64,000 bases of DNA from Amoebophrya sp. A120 (Eukaryota; Protista; Dinoflagellata). The translations under genes and the position numbers were made by a program. The stretch covers positions 1,356,722 through 1,420,721 of the forward strand of contig CAJINV010000017.1 of assembly GCA_905178155.1 (NCBI GenBank), in the 5' to 3' direction. The notes beneath the pieces are model-generated. The model had not been told where the DNA came from. It ran no database searches and saw only the letters and a program-made list of their open reading frames with translations. Below, piece by piece: positions 60,801-64,000 of the stretch. The stretch's first letter is position 1, and every line of letters starts with the position of its first letter.

Positions 60801-61564
60801 GTAGAAGTTTATCGCAGTCGCAGAGCCAGCGGGGATCGCAGAGCTCCAAGCAGGTCAGCAGCAGCGCCACGCCGGGTGGCACGAAAGGAGACACGACTAC
60901 TTCGGCCGCGAGACAGGTCGAGGCCAGTGCCGGCCGGAGCAGGCGGTCTGGCGCTAGCAGTAAGTTCAGCAGAGACGATGAATTGGAGAGGATTGAGGAG
61001 GAGAATGTGCTCGCTCGGTCGAGACAAAGCTCAAAAGACGCGGCGGAAACCGTTGTCAGTTCCGCGACCGGCACCACCGGAGCTGCTGGTGCAATGAAGG
61101 AAGGAACAAAACCTGCGAAAGAGTCCACGACCCCGAAAGACTCCCACTCCGCTTCCGGAAGATCCACAGGGACTAGTCGAAAAACTGGTCGCACCCGGGG
61201 ATCCCATAAGTCAGGGAAGGAAATCGACCCGAATGCGTACCGTGGCATCGAGTGGAACGGGGTGCGGATCGCAAAGTCTCTTTCGCCGGAAAGGGAACAG
61301 AAGAGACGGGATTTGTTCTTTTCTGATGACACTCTGGTGAGTGAACTAGAAAAGGGCATGGAGCAGATGGCTAGAAGGATGAAATTCTACAAGAAACAAA
61401 CGCCGAAGGAATTGCTCTACGAGATGCAAAAGCGAGCGGACACGGGGAAGCTGGGGAGGCATTTGGTCTTCAACATGCCGTTGCTGTCTGGGTCAGAAAC
61501 GGAGCTGGAGAAAGCCCGAGAAAAAATCGACCCGGTCATGAGCACCAGCGAATTAGAAATGTAA
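51884..61564 (+). CDS. Giant 3226-aa protein with split, degenerate 5'-nucleotidase/apyrase (metallophosphoesterase) domain and internal repeats
   Basis: MGVHEFHHG (cf. GNHEFDxG), PKYHVETVG..RIGFLGLVTPDT, then after about 1400 aa DAVIALTH..EDKEL..DIDILLGGFER (cf. GGHxH). Single uninterrupted ORF. Confidence 0.75.
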   Translation: MASDLLNFDVEMDALFEEEQFERKGDFCLRIYALSELTSLDTLARLRTCVKTLDEKDMPDKTMVTLSGVSGGALQFLLDKGTSWVDIVSREVKDKGNKKKDQAAVEDDKDTKAGSSTSLVPGGDESENKDKPPKTIREEYDPTEGEAGLLNDTTRGLLRSKKPRKSKSASPDIGDKHNREKRKKDKKEKQIKPEYSENLFINESLSPRARKRDKILYGKDELDYVKPGVCFGIVKKEKKSILKQPLSTTSTREDASGQGGGLEGLKEGFVEGQEQQDDITQTGTTTSTTGDQHQQGNQPRTPPPQVRQLPLSPTGATSATATSAPQQPGQHLQEQQSAEGVTLPPIKQEKPQTQEQIEKTMQKELAKEMAKKQLLSSKSIVVKDTSEKAMPKAPTFGARDKAAAMGRPITPIGGNSTKDQKSVEFKDLDEEGRPISAGNFTGQEQADSKPKYDTETLTDVDTSYLHKDWNMQEAEKETKKLDKLKPQPKFGYTHLMCMGVHEFHHGLRNLETCIESYLRNTTHNANAVMLNSNLRCREGGVFDSPVNILPKYHVETVGPAGFRIGFLGLVTPDTRFCALSTEVSKRSAVTMTATSTSPAVRLLTSGRGSFLNSRGADGDQTEDESKATNELLSSTVLDQSPEEVTTSHGGSLYQKRRGGMMLQRSSSTLLQDIGEVGSVENNPNLRLQQPETGDLADIGRGPPSTSGKQITFSPNSPKSRRMMSQDQRQGSLGLEEEDGVFWLPNDKNRGRGQAPPASMSASPGAQQETTYSTTQSRPSADVDKAVDHGGSSADSYVNPQEAPTGGNRPMTPDDNASSSSRGRDIAVRRGAAGLAPSVSSDHNSAEGSQELQLSGSGQQQLNSGHQGAPARATEGQHQPSAAAAKTSKRGAFMSSMRSGSSLSLDEPLDLPVDAGSADGADRISQDIDDGGLVEKPADVVPAQVGAKQKRLQMRARSGSSILDEPFDQEIGGAVQESHEQDKKPTGASSKRLQMRARSGSSILDEPFDQEIGAGGPVELQQEQSKKPTGAASKRLQMRARSGSSILDDPFDQEIGAQQDHQDIATAEPSAPSGNKTLKPALSGQSKRLQMRARSGSSILDEPFDQEVGAAKGDQEEQLFPARPRIFKSIEEASDEADQDSRSAVDSGSAARSGKLKQIEWASDVRFGSDDEDARMQQKAGTAIIGTSAASRGQGNKRKIFTAARSGSSLLDVPYDLEIGVAPEFILMQQQDTGAAGSGSATVPSTQQNAKRRMFGTGATRSGSSLALDEPYDVEIGGPVLGPPNQPQQAAAKRRAMMRARSGSSVLDEPYDVEIGAAGVGAAAALTKAALAKKATFDSIQEEDQEDRPGSAPGAAGGGMVSSGQQATTGAGAPGGTKSRRSAFLTNKATRSGSSLQLDEPFDVEIDEGQPALDKDADAGEQPTLGGGARRRALFDKRRSGSSVLDEPYDEEVAAELQTGADQQKPSSFAKRGRMLSGGRSGTLSNLAEIDEGDEEQRSTESSGQQSGKKRFGPSRSIEWAPDVVFDKDNADEQNGDNTEPGEQQQLSGPPGGKRRSFAGATRSSSSLMLDDPYDVEIDQGQLDAADELTTTTAPRQARPKQGMKSLRTRSGSSLMLDEPYDIEVLGGDQPHSTSKPSVGETKRSSFGRRAQTGSSTALQKIEEGKDEDQEFLDAFADETEEVIGAAGVSGTKRGAFRVSKSIEWAADVQFGQQEEDRAGQEELDGTTVLNPAAARKRRFMAARSGSSLLDEPFDVEVLEHQGPLSAAAAGGMKQEQQMKRKKFMSARSGSSLLDPAFDEEVPLEIGELDTLAPVMDPKKASGTQQQQMRSKAFRQGRSGSSLALDEPFEVLDETKELQGVDFFPLYPVREDTAEQQTTPGQHQDRRLAPILKKKQSGSTQDQESASDSMSQSSKIQGGTTSAEQQSKLFGAQNNKSSSSTTGGGPHAKISADQIGTADDQDQPLLEFQETRCAANEVVGQALKRTSAVDAVIALTHQSTAEDKELMRTEPDIDILLGGFEREPLEWYVDENGKSLGQEWDPVIQKFIAIQGPDRLAVKPGPDAVSVLDLWLVPDNDEVLQQDAPRPPIGDTEEDEITEFDDEQLTEVMTPDQKLLQKMNRFPTVEQRSPRWNQQRTMPSRTGRRLVIGRHRHVKLVPTRAHMKDYDEKGFEPDEEFSTMLHKYQKFLNLENMNLLQWTDYDDRLAKVASCEEDSFDRMREMALAEYISLVQRMDRGRKLGRNTTEDEIKALRAVENVIAAGRPTVHEESVCSGTDNSRRPNWTTKDAEWRQCTFHSLVADLVLPELVGADARDRTLLLLPATHYLSFVSGGKDYGLDDPRFTRYELLKEFIPPIIDDFPEGTPASERNRPKDLSNQKRAELRLVRLKISGLDLLKLLYESEAFLRGTNSYLQYDHSAICINDFTDLNLPKISDKDMKRNKFPGFPGKKKKMKSAGGNASSYAPSTAGDVETHTGESTLAWREEQDRIEEEARLAALEKVEEEQIEEAFLSVMENARADRMEACGGVLGFPVSGDSSEISGYDPDERLEGWASSSEKAAAENKKDDDDNSENGDKSPGGSDSGGDMSGLDPDDDENKLSKSKEKDKIDLLDAESLLPSTESDHYDPNEMIKTKVPADFQILSVFGEQFDRSQFYQIVVPGTLLLHETAKPGDHRLVQPLIVGGQRKVRPRKRQKAQLEEEESSEDEDEKRRRYNAAPPVRDQVYNLLKDQVAPRQLGKESVKPIVENSPLLVELVLKHLLQDLWEDLSPFWSKSKKFTLGGLKPLPKDGDIDESKLPPIVRVRRRLHLIQQMQRGEKLYDMEDPIEVRKDKQMLEKLVNLLDSERDVAPEELVEILEKYQKDNVLANLDPRLLKRALNERLPAPMSKWATLRLQDEPSGTEESSSATGGERSGSGQEDGEKEKRPASGDQGSVAKSVGTGEKESSAGGDKDQKSESKSDSQSLKDSHSQKDSDSRSLSQSQSQRGSQSSKQVSSSATPGGTKGDTTTSAARQVEASAGRSRRSGASSKFSRDDELERIEEENVLARSRQSSKDAAETVVSSATGTTGAAGAMKEGTKPAKESTTPKDSHSASGRSTGTSRKTGRTRGSHKSGKEIDPNAYRGIEWNGVRIAKSLSPEREQKRRDLFFSDDTLVSELEKGMEQMARRMKFYKKQTPKELLYEMQKRADTGKLGRHLVFNMPLLSGSETELEKAREKIDPVMSTSELEM
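54560..57435 (+). repeat. Coding repeat: about 15 copies of (K/R)R..RSGSSx(x)LD(E/D)P(F/Y)DxE(I/V)
   Basis: Counted in the translation: four near-identical KRLQMRARSGSSILDEPFDQE(I/V)G plus 11 diverged copies and 2 degenerate ones. Confidence 0.92.
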
Positions 61565-62487
61565 ACATAGACATACGTTAGTACGAGTTTTGGTTTCAAA
61601 CCTATTTTTCTCGGTGAGATCATTTCTCAGCTCACAGTGGGCTTAGCCTCGTGAGCGAAAGCTTTGCAGTACCTAAATTTTTGCACGCTTATTCCACGTG
61701 AACATTCATATTCTTATTCATGCATACCTTGACATTAATGCAAACATACCTTTACCATACCAGTCATGGAAAAAACCATTTACCATCACCACGCATATCA
61801 TTAAAACAAATCGATATCGATCATCTACCCCTTAACGGTACTCCATTCCGCGCATGACTGCTTTTATTCCAAAGAAAGGTTATACCCAAGGAGCTTGTTT
61901 AATATCATCGGCGCGTCCAAGTCCAACTCCGACTCCCAGCGCGGAAGACGGAGCGTTCTCATGTCTTGTGGCGCCGGGGCCGGGTGTTTGCTCTACCTTC
62001 GTTTGAGTTCATTCTGTCCATCACCATCTGCTGCGTCAATCTTTAATTGCTACCATCGGTGACGTTCTCGAATGCAATGCGGCTTGATTGTTTCCCTCTA
62101 TGACAATGCTCGTGGTCTTTGTTTGTCCGTCATTCTCAATAATTTCTTGGAAGTGTCTGTACTTACCTAAACTGGTTTTCGTCTACTTTTGCTTCGGTGC
62201 TGTTTGTCGGTTCCGCGAGCATTCCTCTCGAAATTATTCATTGCTGGCGATTGTTTTTTTTTCCCATGTATCACTGCACAGTTAAAGAGGGTCGGTGTAG
62301 TCGTTGTCTCGGTTCTGATTTTTTTCCTACATTTCGTATTTGCCCAGTTCGGTTTTCAATTGTGTGTATATGTCGCCTGCAACGTAGACGGAGTTGTGGT
62401 TCTGGTTGTTCAACAACACTTTTAAATTTGATTTCGAGTGTCTGGTCTCTCTGTTGGCGTCGCCCAGTGACAGTGTCGTAAGCACTC

Positions 62488-63220
62488 ATATGTAGTGAGG
62501 TCACCGAACGGTTCTAACCAGGGAGTTTTTTTGCCATCTACCCTCAAAAACGGCCGGCAGTTTTCAAGCGGTCGGAAGTGTTTTTGAGCATAAAAGGTTT
62601 TCACTTATCAAGCGGCCGGGGCGTTTGCGGCAAAATAGCCCGGGCGGATTCTATCGATTCGCACTGGATAAAACGACGCAGGGGAGCCGGCAAAAGGGGC
62701 GCCCTTCTGAGGCGCCCGCCGCCTTGGTTTCTGGCGATTTGGGGCGCCCAAAAAGGGGCGCGCAAAAAACGCGCCCAAAATCAGAACAGCGAAACAGCAT
62801 GGCACGGCCGCGATTTCGGAGCATTTTGGGCGGCCGCGAAAGCGGCCGCCTTTTCGCCGGTTTCAGAGCCTGGGAAGCTTTGCAAAAAGCGCCGGCGTGA
62901 AAAATAAAAACGCGAAAAAGAAAAAGCGCCCCAGACGCGCAAAGCCAATCCGCATGCTATGGGCCCGATTTTTCTTCGCTTTTTGGGCGCCCCCCGTGGC
63001 ACCCGGATCGGCCCCATAGCATGGGGGCTGGCTTTCGGGAAGGAATTTCGGGAATTTGCCAAAATTTGCGATGTTTCCCAAGTGGCCGCCATACCGTGCG
63101 GCATAACGTTACTCGCGGTGGTATGGTGAGCCCATAAAAAGCAAAGCCGCGGCCAAGGCTGCGGTCGGCAAAAAAACGCCCACGACCTCACTACCCCCGC
63201 CCCGGCGGCTATATTTGGTA
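62488..63220 (+). mobile_element. 733-bp dispersed element copy 2 (HINE-like)
   Basis: Same length, orientation, subterminal IR and 3' hairpin as 23469-24201, with unrelated flanks. Confidence 0.8.
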
Positions 63221-63292
63221 ATTTCCTGGTTGTGCAGCTATCGAAACTCGAAAGCGTACAAGGACGATCTCCATAGAAATTACACAGTAAAA

Positions 63293-64000
63293 ATGTCTTT
63301 CCACCTTTCCCAGATCGATTTCGGAATCGATCCGGCCCGAATCAAGCAAAACTACCGTCAGCAACTCGACAACGCGAAAAATCTCTCGACATCTGGGAGT
63401 AGCAAGCACGCCAGCGCTTCGAAGAACCCCACGCTTTTGGAGCACAGTGCGATCGAAGAGGAGCGCGAAAGGATAGCGAATTTGGACCTGGAGAAAGTGG
63501 ACCAATGGCGCCAGGGGACCCCGAATCTGCCGCATTTCGCCGTCCCGGACTTCGACGCACTGCACAAGACCGGGCAAGGCTTGTTTTTTTCAATAAGCGT
63601 GATGTTTTTGATGTCTTTACTAACTTCACAATTTTGTTTTTGATCATGTAGAGCAGCTCGATGTGCATGACAGACTCCATCTGTGTTGTCAAATCTATTA
63701 CGCATCACAACTTCCAACCAACAGGCACAGTCGAAAAGTGCGATGGCGCATGATAAACGGGGTGCGGGTCGAAAACACCGATGAGCCGGCGAGTTCCTCC
63801 AGTATGAGCTTCGGCAGTTACGGGCAGTCTGTGAACAAGCCAGGTTGTGCCAGTCCTCTAACCGCGAGGTCTGCGGCCAAGAAGGCGACCATCACGAAGG
63901 AGTTTGACGAGGGCGAAGGGGGACGAACGCCAAGAATCCCAGAGCCGAAACTGATGTCCTTTGAGAAGTTGACAAGAAGAGCGAAGTTCGACCAAAAGAC
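63293..64000 (+). CDS. Hypothetical protein, 3'-partial; exons 63293-63573 and 63725->64000
   Basis: ATG at 63293. A GC-AG intron 63574-63724 (GCAAGG...CAACAG) gives KTG|HSRKVRWRMING, open to the window end. Confidence 0.65.

Noticed and set aside
1-64000. tRNA, rRNA, snRNA or dinoflagellate spliced-leader sequence
   Set aside because: No convincing match found by eye. A tRNAscan-SE/Infernal run is needed to exclude them properly.

Overview
Eukaryotic, compact, gene-dense DNA with about 18 protein-coding genes, all on the + strand. Canonical GT-AG introns (one GC-AG) occur alongside non-canonical introns bounded by terminal inverted repeats and 5-bp direct repeats. This architecture best fits a Syndiniales dinoflagellate parasite such as Amoebophrya (my inference, not verified). 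Recognisable genes are a NEK kinase (5'-partial, 9 exons), a class-3 lipase, two small MGxxCC acylated proteins, a TPR protein, an EEF1AKMT4/METTL13-like methyltransferase, NO66/RIOX1, an mL53-like mitoribosomal protein, PCIF1/CAPAM, a ~2380-aa Rad21/Rec8 kleisin and a 3226-aa split, probably inactive 5'-nucleotidase. Mobile or repeated DNA comprises four TAT...ATA introner-like elements, two 733-bp copies of an element with subterminal inverted repeats plus a 3' hairpin (Helentron/HINE-like), an abutting ~740-bp TIR element with a 13-bp minisatellite, and a 104-bp tandem array inside a kleisin intron. The main leads are the introner splicing system, the rolling-circle-like element, the pseudo-nucleotidase with repeated phospho-motifs and PP1-docking-like motifs, and a protein carrying a phage/giant-virus-like motif set. 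All exon models were read by eye and need RNA-seq.
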